Below, piece by piece: positions 26,651 through 39,515 of a DNA stretch of 64,000 nucleotides. The first letter of the stretch is position 1, and each line of letters opens with the position of its first letter. The stretch is from Octopus bimaculoides (taxonomy: Eukaryota), in NCBI RefSeq assembly GCF_001194135.2, contig NC_068981.1, positions 80,885,497 through 80,949,496 on the forward strand, given 5' to 3'. The notes beneath the pieces are model-generated. The model ran no database searches, was not told the DNA's origin, and saw only the letters and a list, made by a program, of their open reading frames with translations. The translations under genes were made by a program, and so were the position numbers.

Positions 26651-27796
26651 TATAGTTTCAATCATTTGATTGCGGCCATGCTGGGGCGCCGCCTTGATGG
26701 GTTTAGCAGAAGAAATCTATCTAGTAAATATTTTTTTCGAAGTCCGGTACTTAGTCTATCGGTTTCTTTTATCGAAACCACTTAGCTACGGGGACGTAAA
26801 CCAACCAATACCAGTTTCAAATTGCTGAGGAGACATACATACACTCACATGCGCACGCGCGATGAACTTTTAGTTTTCGCCAGCCAAATTCACTCACAAG
26901 GCATTGGTTGGATTGAGGTTATAGCAGAAGGTACTTGCCTAGGGTGTCACGCTGTGGGACTGAAAACAAAATAAACAAAAACATTAACTGAGTATTCAAA
27001 GGTGAAGAGAACAACGTTTTATGTGCAAGGCATGAACTCCAGATGAAATTTTCTGTTTTGGAAGATCTCCATATACCTTAACAGAAACCTTTATAGCAAT
27101 AAATAAATAAAGCAGAAACTTGAAACTATCACGTTTCGAAGACGATGCGATTTTGTTTTTCTTGCAATCCAATAAATAACATGAGATAGCGACTAAGTAC
27201 ATATCGAAAAAACAGGACAAGTGAAATGTTTAATCCCCTAAGCTGTGACCGAAAAATGTAGAAGACATTGCAGTTATGATCAGCAGTGGTCTAAAGAGGC
27301 CATTATGTTGTTACCTTCCATGATGTTGTTACTAAAACTATATACAAAGACGGCCGTAAGAAGATAAATATAAAACAATGTTTCAGATGTTCATATATTC
27401 ACACATTCCAACACATGAAATATTGGTGAAAAATTTCCATCCAAAGCTTTATTCTGTTGAAAACAGGGAATCCTCTATGTGGAAGCTTCATTCCACATCT
27501 TACTGTCTCCAAAAAATGACACATTGGATGATGTGGGTTGGAATGCTGACTAAAGCTAAATAGTAATAACTACAACAACATGCCGTACGAGCTAATGAAG
27601 ATGAGACTATAAAAAATAACAGCTACATCTCCGTCAAAACTACACGTTACGGTTACAAAATAAGAGGAAATCATTGGAAATCATTGGATAATGTAGTCCC
27701 AGAGTCGTTGGATCTGGAAAGGAGGAAGGATAATTACTGAAAAGCTATTGAACATATAAATTGGTGTGATCAGATTGATTTGGATCTTAAAATATT

Positions 27797-28007
27797 CTTT
27801 TCTACTCTAGTCACAAGGCCCGAAATTTTGGGGGAGGGGCCAGACGATTAGATCGACCCAGTACGCAGCTGGTACTCAATTTATCGACCGCAAAAGGATG
27901 AAAGGCAAAGTTGACCTCGGCGGAATCTGAACTCGGAACGTAAAGACAGACGAAATACCGCTAAGCATTTCGCCCGGCGTGCTAACGTTTCTGCAAGCTA
28001 ACCGCCT
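27797..28007 (-). mobile_element. Full-length type 1 SINE with 17-bp TSD
   Basis: TTGGATCTTAAAATATT at 27780-96 and 28008-24. Confidence 0.9.
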
Positions 28008-28883
28008 TTGGATCTTAAAATATTGCAGTTAAAAGATGCCCTATAAAGTTGCCCGGGAGAGAAAACAAAAGTCATGTACATTTGTGGGAGACGGACACGT
28101 ACACAAAATGAACATTTCTTGCAAATTATATGAGAAAAAAGAACATTTAGTCTTTGACTTGTTACAACCCTGGGCTGTGTCCATGTAGGAACACCGACAT
28201 CAAACTTCTATCATTTGTGGGCAAGTGGGTTGAAATATATAACAGTTTTTTTTTATCCCTGAGCCATCGAAAACCCCCTTATATGGTCACCAACCTGCTA
28301 GAAATAGCGACTCATATCCCTCAAATAACACTTTACCGTCTGGATATTATGTCTGCAAATCCAAATACGAAATGGTTTCATATTTGGTCATCATTCTCGT
28401 GGACCAGAGTTCGTTTAGGGCTAAACAGCAACACCAAAACTTAGGTGATTTTTATTTGCTTTTTTGTCCTCGAGACACTGAAGGAACCTCTAAGTAGTTG
28501 CTCAGTTTGTTAGAAATACTAGCCAAATCTATCTCAGCCCAAACCTCTGACTCTTAAAAAGAGAAGGTTAACAAAACAGGTAACTGAAATACCTTTAGTC
28601 GTAGGACTGTTCGATTAGGATTCACTTGGGAATAAACAATTTGATCCTCAATAGGAATTCATAGTTGTATCTATAAGAAGTGGCACACTTAAGCCTGAAT
28701 ATTTAACGAAAATTGAAAACTTCATGCTGTAATTTCAAACTCCAGAATATCACTTAACATGCATCCTGCTTGTTTAATCTAAATGAGAAACATGTGCAAG
28801 GCAAGATTATAATTTTCCGGATTATTAAACCCCACATCTTTAGCGTGTAAATTTACCTTAATTGTATACGGTTTGATTTCCAG

Positions 28884-28965
28884 TCGTCATGAAGAGACCT
28901 ATTCTTGAATATGTATATGGTCGTAAATTGAATTCGAACCCTTTTGCACCAGGTCACTTGTGCAT
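28884..28965 (+). CDS. Candidate coding exon, unidentified gene (VMKRPILEYVYGRKLNSNPFAPGHLC)
   Basis: tttgatttccag| acceptor and |gtgagt donor; only one of three frames open. Confidence 0.3.
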
Positions 28966-29416
28966 GTGAGTAATAGTACTCTGAGAACAAAATACTTAGA
29001 AATATATGTGTAAAGGAATAAAAACAATTGTATCGTACGTACGTATGTAAACAAATATAGGCACTATTGGATTGGATTAGATTGCCCATGTTCAGTCCAC
29101 AGCAAGACGAGGGTCTCGACTTGTTATCTCCACCAACCTCGGTCTGATGTGGAGGCAGTGAATTTGAACTTTAGACCATACTCGTTTGATGAGCTTACTC
29201 TGCCAAACTGGTTTGACATAGCTTGGCAAAGAATGCAGTTTTTATTTTTTTATTTTTATACTCATACCCAGAAGTTAAATCAATGACATCGATTCAGTGT
29301 TCAACTGGTACTTATTTTATCGCCTCCGAAATGATAAAAGGTAAAATCGACCTCGGCAGAATTTGAACTCAGAACGTTAGGACGGACGAAATAGCGCTCA
29401 GCATTTCGCCCTGCGT

Positions 29417-31373
29417 ATTGATTTCTTTATTTGAGCACTCAGGCTCGACATAGAGGGGACGATACACGGACTGACAAAACAGCACAGTGGGGATATAAAA
29501 CATAGAACGAATGAATGATAAATGAATTATAATAATGAAAATGAAATGTTTTACCTGCTCCTCACTCGCAGGTAGTGTCATTTAAATGTTTTTGGTTAAC
29601 GTTTGGAATTCAGTTCTTTTTTTCTCCATTTTGCATCTTTTTTTCTCCATTTTGCATCTTTTTTTTTTAGGCGTCACTAACAATTTAAAAATTTTTACTT
29701 ACTTTGTTTCTTCCTTTTTATCACACTAGATACGGCATCAAATCTTGGAAGTCCACCACTAGTGGCAATTTGTCAAATTGAAATCTTAATGCCGTTATCT
29801 CTATCTTGTTCCCAAAATGTTCTCTTAGTTTTTCACCTCTCGCTCTATCAAGTAAGACTGCTTTGATGTTTTCTGAGTATTCATTCGGTGCTAGTCTCAC
29901 CCTAATTACTGTTTTTATTTTAGTAATTTTCTTTTCTATTTCCACACTTTTAGTATACTTTATCATGTTCCATATATGTTTTGGCTCTTTTTTCTGTAGT
30001 TCTTCTTGCTTTCCTATATCGGTTTCTTTCGTTGGTTTCGGTACTTCTTTTTTATATGTTGGTTCTTGCAATCCCACTTGCTTTTCCATTTGGACCTCTT
30101 TCGTTACTGCTGGCATCTCCCGACGTGTTTCCCTCTCACTTGATTGTTTGTGCAGTTCCATTTGCTCCTCTGTCCTAACTTCACTCGATGCTGCTGGCAT
30201 CTCCTGTCTTACTTCTTTCCTCTTCTGCAGTTTCACTTGCTACTCCTCGCTGGTTCCTCTCGATGTTGCTGGACTTTCTTCTGGTCTATCTTTTCTTTAG
30301 CGGACTCTTGGGTGGCGAGTCCGCATTTCCTTCCCTCTTCTTCTTTCCCTTTACCACCATAAACTGTTCCTCCACATTTTCTGAACTCTTTTCACCTATT
30401 GGGTTTTGCTCCTCAGCGATATGTTCCTTCTCCTCGCCCTGCTGCTCCTGTTCCATTACATCCTCGTGTTTCTGGGGACACTTTGTAATCATGTGTCCCC
30501 GTACTCCTCATTGGTAGCAGGTTGAAGGTCTTCCCTCCACCACCACTCTCAAAATCACATCTTCCGGCAGTTTTACCTCTACTGTTTTGAAAGTCTGGCA
30601 AACTGACCTGGATCGACACCAATCCGTATCCCCATCCGTTCACCTCTCTCGTTTTCATCACTTTTAATGCTTTTACTTCCTCTTCCATGTTGAAAAGGAT
30701 GGCTGCCACCAGCCACTCTTCTTCGATCTCAGGGGGCACTCTGCCGATCCTTACTCTGGCCACACGTTTGCTATAGTAGGTCGGTAGGAGTGCCCACTAT
30801 GGTGTTCTCAGCGCCACAGTGGAGTGGTTCATCGCCCCTTAATCATTGGCGAATCTCACCTCCACTGTGCCGTACTTCTTCTCTCTTGTATAAAAAGTTG
30901 TGAGGCTCTTCACCTCTTTTAGGCATTCTTCTATGCCTCCACTGTGACTATTTCAATTTTCTTTGTCTTCAGGGACAGGGTTCTGTATACCACTGTCCGC
31001 TTCATTATGTTTTGCTGTAAATCCTTCTGGTGGTGTTAATTTTAGGCTGGTACCATCCTTTTCCAAAAGTTTGTTGAATTCTTTCAACCACTTCTGGTCC
31101 ATTTTAATTTCTCGCACTTGCAACACATCCGCAGTTAAACTCCTTCCAGTAGCTGCCGCATAGCTGCCGGCTATAACCGGTTCTTTCTCCATACTTTCTC
31201 CTACTTCACCCATAAATGGGGAGAAAAACAAATATAATATACAAAAAAAAAACCAGTAACAAGTAATTCAAAAATTCAACGATAACATTCAACAATAGGT
31301 TCATCCTTACGGGAAACCTTCAACCATCAAACAAATCCAACTGAATAACTTGGTCACACAAAAAACGTTACTC
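29417..31373 (-). mobile_element. ORF1-only non-LTR retroelement (half-LINE-like), ORF1 pseudogenised
   Basis: Splits a type 1 SINE; 11/13 TSD TTTCGCCCTGCGT (29404-16) / TTTCGCTCAGCGT (31374-86); ORF1 pieces ~31231 to 29721 with ARVRIGRVPPEIEEEWLVAAIL and knuckle CYQ*GVRGHMITKC; 3' end AATAAAGAAATCAAT; no ORF2. Confidence 0.78.
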
Positions 31374-32146
31374 TTTCGCTCAGCGTGCTAACGATTCCAA
31401 CTTGCTGTCTTTGTGCATGATAGACAGGTATATATTTGTATTTCTTTGCTGTTGTATTTACACATGCACACACGCACCATCACATCATATCATCGTTATG
31501 ACGTCCATTTCTCCATGCTCGCACAGGTCGGATGGAATTTGTAGAGGCAGATTTTCTACGGCCAGATGCCTTTCCTGTCGCAAACCCTCACCTGTTTCCA
31601 AGTAAGATAATAAATGGAAACGGACGAATGTATGTACAGATATATTATCCATTTTACACATTTGCCTGGACTAAAAGATCCTAAAATCAATTTAATCCTT
31701 AACGGGAAACGCAAAAATTGTGACACATACGTGCGCGCGCATACCCACGCACACTTCATTGTTTTGACACTGGGCGTACGCATATAACCTAGCTTTATTT
31801 TTTGGGCGCTGTTTATTTCATTCTAGACTGAACTGACGGCACGTGGGATTAATATCGTCATGCATTAGTATAAACATTATACTTGAAAGGTAGCAGATAT
31901 TACGCCTGCCTAATAACAAAGTAGAAACTGTTTACTGAATCATGTAGTAAATTTCATGCCTTAGATTTGCGTTTTTATACTGAATTGGAAATCATTGACT
32001 TTTTGTTTATTTCATAATATTTATAGTATTCGTCTGGGTAAGCACTGTTAGCATGCTTACACAGGCGCCATTTATTGGTACATGCATGTATATAGCAATT
32101 AAAGACAGCGCTAGTATTAAGCATAGTAGAAAATATATTTCCCAAG

Positions 32147-32262
32147 ATGTCATCCTGCAGAACAGGTCAAAGCTATTTTTACCGAGGTCATTCCCACGAT
32201 TATGGAGAACCTACAAAAATACCTACAAAAGTTTCACCGACATTTTTAGACAGGAAGACATC
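32147..32262 (+). CDS. Candidate coding exon, unidentified gene (frame ambiguous)
   Basis: atatttcccaag| acceptor and |gtatgt donor. Phase-1 frame VILQNRSKLFLPRSFPRLWRTYKNTYKSFTDIFRQEDI is open; phase-2 frame CHPAEQVKAIFTEVIPTIMENLQKYLQKFHRHF* ends in a stop. Confidence 0.4.
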
Positions 32263-33641
32263 GTATGTAAATACAGTTTATTTTAGAAAGGAAGGAAGGA
32301 AGGATGGTGGTGAGCTGGCAGAGTCGTTAGCACGCTGGACGAAGTACTTAGTGATATTTCGCCCGTCGCTACGTTCTGAGTTCGAGTTTCGCCGAGGGCG
32401 ACTTTGCCTTTCATCCTTTCGGGGTTGATAAATTAAGTACCAGTGAAACACTGGGGTCAATGCAATCGACTAATACCCTACCCCCCCNNNNNNNNNNNNN
32501 NNNNNNNNNNNNNNNNNNNNNNNNNNNNNNNNNNNNNNNNNNNNNNNNNNNNNNNNNNNNNNNNNNNNNNNNNNNNNNNNNNNNNNNNNNNNNNNNNNNN
32601 NNNNNNNNNNNNNNNNNNNNNNNNNNNNNNNNNNNNNNNNNNNNNNNNNNNNNNNNNNNNNNNNNNNNNNNNNNNNNNNNNNNNNNNNNNNNNNNNNNNN
32701 NNNNNNNNNNNNNNNNNNNNNNNNNNNNNNNNNNNNNNNNNNNNNNNNNNNNNNNNNNNNNNNNNNNNNNNNNNNNNNNNNNNNNNNNNNNNNNNNNNNN
32801 NNNNNNNNNNNNNNNNNNNNNNNNNNNNNNNNNNNNNNNNNNNNNNNNNNNNNNNNNNNNNNNNNNNNNNNNNNNNNNNNNNNNNNNNNNNNNNNNNNNN
32901 NNNNNNNNNNNNNNNNNNNNNNNNNNNNNNNNNNNNNNNNNNNNNNNNNNNNNNNNNNNNNNNNNNNNNNNNNNNNNNNNNNNNNNNNNNNNNNNNNNNN
33001 NNNNNNNNNNNNNNNNNNNNNNNNNTATGTATTTTTCCATATGTGTATTTTCATACACTGTTTTTAACACTGTTTTTAACAATTCCACCTTAATATCAGA
33101 GAATGTGTGACAATCAGTATGTAACACTACAAAGTTCATACAAAGCTTTATACTTTAAATATATTTTATCATCAAAGAATGTATATATGCATTTTAATAC
33201 TCAGACTGTTTTTTAACATTTTTTATTATTCTCAAAGACTTTTGATAATCTTTTTCTAAAAAAGTGAAACCGGTTAAGTAAATAAATATTTTTAAAAAAT
33301 AAGTGCATTTTCAAACCTTCTTTCATATATATTTCCACTCGTACGGTATTCCACAACTTTACTTTATTATATATATATATATATATAAATGGAAGAGTTT
33401 CCCCTAATTAATTGTCTCTTTAAAGTTTATAGAAGAATAAAACATGTCCTTTTTAACGTCGTATGTTGCCCTTTTGTCTTGTTCTATTCTGTTTTAATTA
33501 TAATTGTAAAATATCAGCGTTGCTTTTGTTTCTGTCCTATGTCACTAGGTTTTAATCGTACATCATTTTCATATCCTTGTGTTTTCTCTGACCCAGTCAC
33601 TAAAGACTTGCTTAAATATTTATGTCTTGCTTTTTTTGTTA

Positions 33642-33684
<43 letters not shown>

Positions 33685-34198
33685 TCTCCACTCTATCAAT
33701 TCCCACTACAACGATATCCAAAAGGTGTTGCACCCTCTAAGTAATGCGGCTCCATCTCGGACGTCACAACTGCCATAATCCTTAGAGAGACAGCTGATGA
33801 GGAGTTGTATGGATTTTTCTTTTATTTCTCGTATCTGTCTGTAATTGGACGTTTTCAGCTTTTGTGCCTGATTTCTTTCATTTGCGGTGCCGATGCACGC
33901 AACAATATTTTCTTGCATATCATTATGCATGAGAATGTGCAGAATGTCTGTGCATCGGTGTATCTACACCTGCAGATAGTTTCGTATCTTATCTTTTACT
34001 TGTTTCAGTCACTGGACTGCAGTCATGTTGGGGAACCGCCTTGAGGAATTTCTAGTCGAATGTATCGACCCCAGTACTTTTATTTTTGTAAGCATGATAC
34101 TTATACTATCTTTGTTACGGGGACGTAAACACACTAGTACCAGTTGTCACGCAGTGTGGAGGGGGACAAAGACACACACTCACACATATGTATGTGTG

Positions 34199-34253
<55 letters not shown>

Positions 34254-34734
34254 ACGTCAGGCTTCTTTCAGTATCAGTCTACCAAATCCACTCACAAGGC
34301 TTTGGTCGGCCCGAGGCTATTAGTATAAGACACTTGCCGAAGGTACCACGCAGCGAGACTGAACCCGGAACCATGGGGTTGGGAAGCAAGCTTCTTACCG
34401 CACAGCTACGCCTGACATTCTAACTGGTAGTGTACTCATATACAAATAAGATCTCTCGCTAATTGTATATATCGCGATATTGTTGAAAGTGTATCAAAAG
34501 AAAATGCAAAGATGGACTCTTCAATGACGCTAAAATAGTTATTGATAGTCAGTCGGTCAGATTTAGAATACTTAGTGTCTAATCTAAGAATTCATATTAA
34601 TGAACACACACTCTCACGGGCCTATAGCTAAATACGTATACATTCGAGCGTGTCTGTATATGTGATAATGCTCAGAGGAACATAAATATTTATATATGTA
34701 TATATCCGAACGTTCGTGTATATTCATTTGATAG

Positions 34735-34865
34735 GTAATGGTGCCATTTCGAAATAATGACATATTTCAGACGTTGTTCTCTCTTGGCGTATTTTGCACT
34801 GTGTTTATACTATGCTTTATACAAACTGTCATTCAATGTAAACATTTCTGTTGCTGCACTACCGA
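34735..34865 (+). CDS. Candidate coding exon: TM helix plus Cys cluster
   Basis: tcatttgatag| ... |gtatgt; single open frame VMVPFRNNDIFQTLFSLGVFCTVFILCFIQTVIQCKHFCCCTT; phase 0 start fits the 32147 exon. Confidence 0.45.
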
Positions 34866-34904
34866 GTATGTGCGCGCGCGCTTGTGTTATATATATATAT
34901 ATTT

Positions 34905-34996
<92 letters not shown>

Positions 34997-35054
34997 ATAC
35001 ATACACGTACAGATGTTTATGTGTGTGTGATTGTATGTATAGATTTGTTACATT

Positions 35055-35092
<38 letters not shown>

Positions 35093-35182
35093 GCAATTTA
35101 ATATTTGAATTGCATGACAAATATCTAGTATTTAGAACTCCATGTATATTCCTGTTCGTGTTATTGTCCTCGTATCATGTAG

Positions 35183-35249
35183 TATGGCTCCAGAGTTGGC
35201 TATGTATGTCACAGAGTACATGTACAAAATAAAACAAAACACTATATAG
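35183..35249 (+). CDS. Candidate terminal coding exon (D-MAPELAMYVTEYMYKIKQNTI*)
   Basis: Pyrimidine-rich acceptor ...atcatgtag|; phase 2 start matches the preceding exon; TAG at 35247-49. Confidence 0.3.
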
Positions 35250-35578
35250 TGTTTTATCTTATAAACAATCTTTCATGTTTTGTTTATTTGCTTTATATGA
35301 ATGGAGATTTTTATGTGTATGAAGGCTGTGGTTTCGATTTCCGGACTCGGCTGTGTGTTGTGTTTTTGAGTAAATCCCTTTATTTTACGTTAATCCAGTC
35401 CACTCAGCTGTAAACGGGTAACCCTGCTATGGACTGGCATTCCGTTCAGGAGAAACGTTGGCCTGCCCGTCTAGCCCGCGGGTTGGCATTATTCGAAAGC
35501 CACTATGTGAGGAATTGCATTGTCACCAGTGATATCCATCTCTCTATGTCACCACAATGATCTTTCTCTCTCTCTCTT

Positions 35579-35659
<81 letters not shown>

Positions 35660-35661
<2 letters not shown>

Positions 35662-35880
35662 TCCCAAAGAACCTGCACAAAGTAGATGTAGGGATTTTTA
35701 AATCAAAGCTGGACCTCTTCCTGTCGAGAGTCCCAGATGAACCTACATCACGGCAAGAGGTGCAAATGAAGGTAGCTACATCAAACTCCATTCTTCACCA
35801 AGTGCCACATATTGGAGGAGGCTCTCAGTAATAACAGTGTAGCAAAACGGCCGGCGGTGCATCAACATGGCCGGAGCTCT
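35660..35880 (+). mobile_element. CR1-type LINE 3' end
   Basis: LPKNLHKVDVGIFKSKLDLFLSRVPDEP...ATSNSILHQV* matches the CR1 ORF2 C-terminus. Confidence 0.75.
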
Positions 35881-35888
35881 GAGTTGAA

Positions 35889-35929
<41 letters not shown>

Positions 35930-35933
<4 letters not shown>

Positions 35934-36095
35934 CGAAATTTGTTGAAAATCAAAAGATGAAGACAGGTGTATGAACAAATAAGGGTATTAGTTTGACGCT
36001 CGGAAAAAAGGAAAAGGTCTTTTACGTTTCGAGCCTACGCTCTTCAATAGAAAGGAATAAGAGAAAATAAACAGAAAGAGAATGAAAAAAACTTG
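35930..36095 (-). mobile_element. Penelope-type pLTR remnant with a degenerate hammerhead-like motif (36019-36054)
   Basis: CUUU-CUAUUGA-A-GAGC-GUAG-GCUC-GAA-ACGU-A|AAAG: stems intact, two core mismatches to CUGAUGA. Confidence 0.5.
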
Positions 36096-36379
36096 TCGAT
36101 TTCAGCGGTTCAATACGCACATATGTACATACACATTCATACGCACACATTTATACATATATGTATATGTATTTTTGGGATATATGTTTGGGGTGGTTGT
36201 GTGTTTGCGTATGTATGTAAATATCCCATCATTCATCTATATGACTGTAGCTTTATTTTAAATCTTAATTCTCATTGTTTATTTTTCCTTATAAAGTATT
36301 ATGCCCATGAGTAGTGAGTTGAAGTAATCTCATATTTTAAAAATATTATATTAAGTTATACAGTAAGTCCTTTATATTA

Positions 36380-37401
36380 CATGAAGAAATTCCCGTTGTC
36401 TCCTACGACGAGGAAGTCACTGCAGAAGCATCTTACATTATAGAACAATTGGATTACATCAGAGTGAGGACTAAACACCATCAAAAGAACAACAACTTGT
36501 AATACCCCGAGTTCAACACAATAAAATCCCATCTAATATCGATATGGATCCTTTCAGCTTTTCATTCCATCTGCCAAAAAGACCAGTTTTCTTTCGAGTC
36601 ATCTCAAGAGCTTCTGTATGATCGCTCTATTTTATAGATATACTTTTTTTTCTACTCTTGGCACAAGGCCTGAAATTTTGGGGGAGGGGGCCAGTCGATT
36701 AGATCGACCCCAGTATGCAACTGGTACTTAATTTATCGACCCCGAAAGTCGACCTCGGCGGAATTTGAACTCAGAACGTACAAGCATTTCACCCGGCGTG
36801 CTAACGTTTCTTATTTCTTTACTGTCCACAAGGGACTACACACAGAGGGGGCAAACAAGGACAGACAAATGGATTAAGTCGATTATATCGACCTCAATGT
36901 GTAACTGGTACTTATTTAATCGGCCCCGAAAGGATGAAAGGCAATGTCGACCTCGGCGGAATTTGAACTCAGAACGATGCTGATTGAATAGTGAAAAGTG
37001 TTTTTTTTTATTATTGAACCAAGTTTTTTTATATCGACTATCACTTAATGCATCCGTATAAGTGCAACTCCGTGAAATATTCACGCTTATTTACGTGGCA
37101 AATATATGCAATTATATGTACGGTATATTTTTTGTTTTTTGTTTATGGTGAAAATGGAAAAATAAGAGTAAATATTTATTTTATGAATGCTGTGTCTTAA
37201 GTCTGTAAAACTGTACATAAAGTATATAAAGTGTATCATCGTATTTCAATTTCATTCATTTTTCAATGAGTAGCAGATGAGTGAGTATCTTTCCATACAG
37301 ACACAACACAGGCTACGCTTTCAGGTTTTTTGAATAAAGTTTTCAGAAATAATCCAATAGGTTTACCATTAATTCCGTGAAATATTCACGGGTCCTACTA
37401 G
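36380..37401 (+). mobile_element. Helitron remnant, interrupted by a composite SINE at ~36655-36975
   Basis: Hairpin CCGTGAA-ATA-TTCACGG (37375-91) then CTAG (37398-401); upstream IPRVQHNKIPSNIDMDPFSFSFHLP weakly resembles the PIF1 helicase C-terminus. The base after CTAG is C, not the expected T. Confidence 0.5.
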
Positions 37402-37899
37402 CATATAATTAGTAGTTAAACAGTATTATTGTTATTCATAACATATATTCATTGCAAATATACAAAAGGGAAATTTGTCTTATTTAATTTTCTTGTAACT
37501 TTAGAAGTATGTTTATTTTTAAATGAGTAAGATCATAATTATTGCAACAAGATAGCATTACCTGATTTTAACCACAATAACGAGTAACACTTTTAGTACA
37601 GAGGTGATCAGCATTTTATATTCCATGCGCCAATTTTTCATGCATGAGTTCAAATGTATCACACAAGTCTTCTATTTCATTTTATTCATTTCTTGTACAA
37701 AATATGTTCATATAAACAAATTTAGCATATTTGTGTTATATAATGATTAAACACACACACACATACACACATTGTTTACTTCAAATAGACTTATGAATCT
37801 ATTTTGATCTCGCCAACCTTTTAATGTTGGATCTAAATAAAGATTTTTCTTTTAATATATATCTGCTGTTTCGTGGATGAAAATATTTGTTCACATCTG

Positions 37900-39150
37900 T
37901 TCATCGTTTCGAAACGTTAGATGTAAGTCTTAAGTCTGACTTGGTTCTGAAAAATATTCACAAAGATAATGATTGCCAGAAATTAATCATATCAACAATA
38001 TTTGACCTGAAGGAAGTTCATCAAATTTCATTTTCAATAATGAATTTATTTTCTGATTAGTGAGTACCATTCGCAAGGTACTAGACATTTTCCGATTTTT
38101 TCTTCACCAAGAGAAAACTGGTTTGTAAATACAGGCATGCGAAATCCCGAAAACGGCTTTTAAATGACTTATTGCTCTAACCTAATACTTTTAAAGCATC
38201 TTTTTTTAAAATTATCCTCACCATATTCATTCGGCTCTTTTAAATTAGAAACTGGTTCAAATCCTTATATTCTATCTTAGATGAACACTTTTAATTTCAT
38301 TTTGATTGCACTAATATAATATACTATGCGAAGGAATAATTTGTTCGTGTCTTGTAGTCTCAAGTTTAAATCGAGATGGTGAATTACATGCACAATCAAA
38401 TTATCTGTTAGATTAACTAAATGCTGAAACACCGTTCTTAGCACCAGACTGATCTTTCGTCGAACAGCTCATATTTTCGCTTCTAGAAAATAAAAAAACG
38501 GTATTTTTCGATTTCTAAAATGTATTCAGAACCTCTCTTTAGAAAATCAGTGCACCTCACCATGACGGTCCAAATTTAACAGTTTGCAATATTCTTTGAA
38601 TTTTCGTTTGTTCAATGTTATTGATCAAAGCTTATCCACACATTTCCCAGCCGTTAATGTATTTAAAATTTTTCTCTTGGCTTCATATTTTAGTAGATAA
38701 TGATCTAAAAAGAATTCCATGAAAAGTTTTAGTCTAGCCGAATAAATACTGGTGGGTTTACTGATATTTTACTTGTAGAATTTGCTTTGTCACATATGCC
38801 TGACACTCTTATTTTGCCCGTAAAACAACTTAGTATCCAAAAGAAATTCAAGGACGCTAAGTTTGTCATTTCTCTTTATCACAGATATATTGATAAATTT
38901 ATCCATATCTAAAAGAAAATAAACTAAAAACGTGGAAAATGTCTTTCAGTTGCAAATATGGGAGAGTAATTTCATCTACTTTCGATATTTTAATTACCAA
39001 GACATTTTCCAAATATTTGGAGACAATACCTAAAAATTACTTAAGATTTCTATTGTTTTTTTTTTTGTTTTTTTTTGGTCAACGCTAAAGCAATGCCAAG
39101 GACGCTTCTTTCATTACCAAACTTTCGTAACTTCATTTAATAAATATATT
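37900..39150 (-). pseudogene. Possible highly decayed hAT (Charlie-like) transposase
   Basis: Minus fragments RHGEVH*FSKE and FHGIL resemble the HxEVRWLS and HCIIH motifs; many stops. Confidence 0.3.
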
Positions 39151-39515
39151 TTGTCTTTTGATTTCTTCCTTTTCATTATAATGTATTCTTTCCGTTACTA
39201 CAAGCATTAACGTCAATTTTCCTTCTGCTTTAATTTGATGCTGTGTTTTTTTTTTTTAATTTTTTATACGAGAAATTTTCACACACAATGCAAGGAACCG
39301 CTATAAATAAGAGATCATTATCTCACTATTCAGTTAATGTACGCTTACTCCACTTTCTACATTTCTTTCGTTCGTTTTCTTTATTCACATGATGGGTAAA
39401 GTAAAAACAAGGTTTAATCTTCGAATAGACAGACAGAAAGATAGATTGATTAAACCTACAAATGTTCACAAAGGACGAACAAAGCACAGCTCTTTAGCGT
39501 AGGCGTGTCAGCGAC

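Noticed and set aside
32183-32210. 28-nt minus-strand exon candidate
   Set aside because: Falls inside the longer, better-supported + strand exon 32147-32262.
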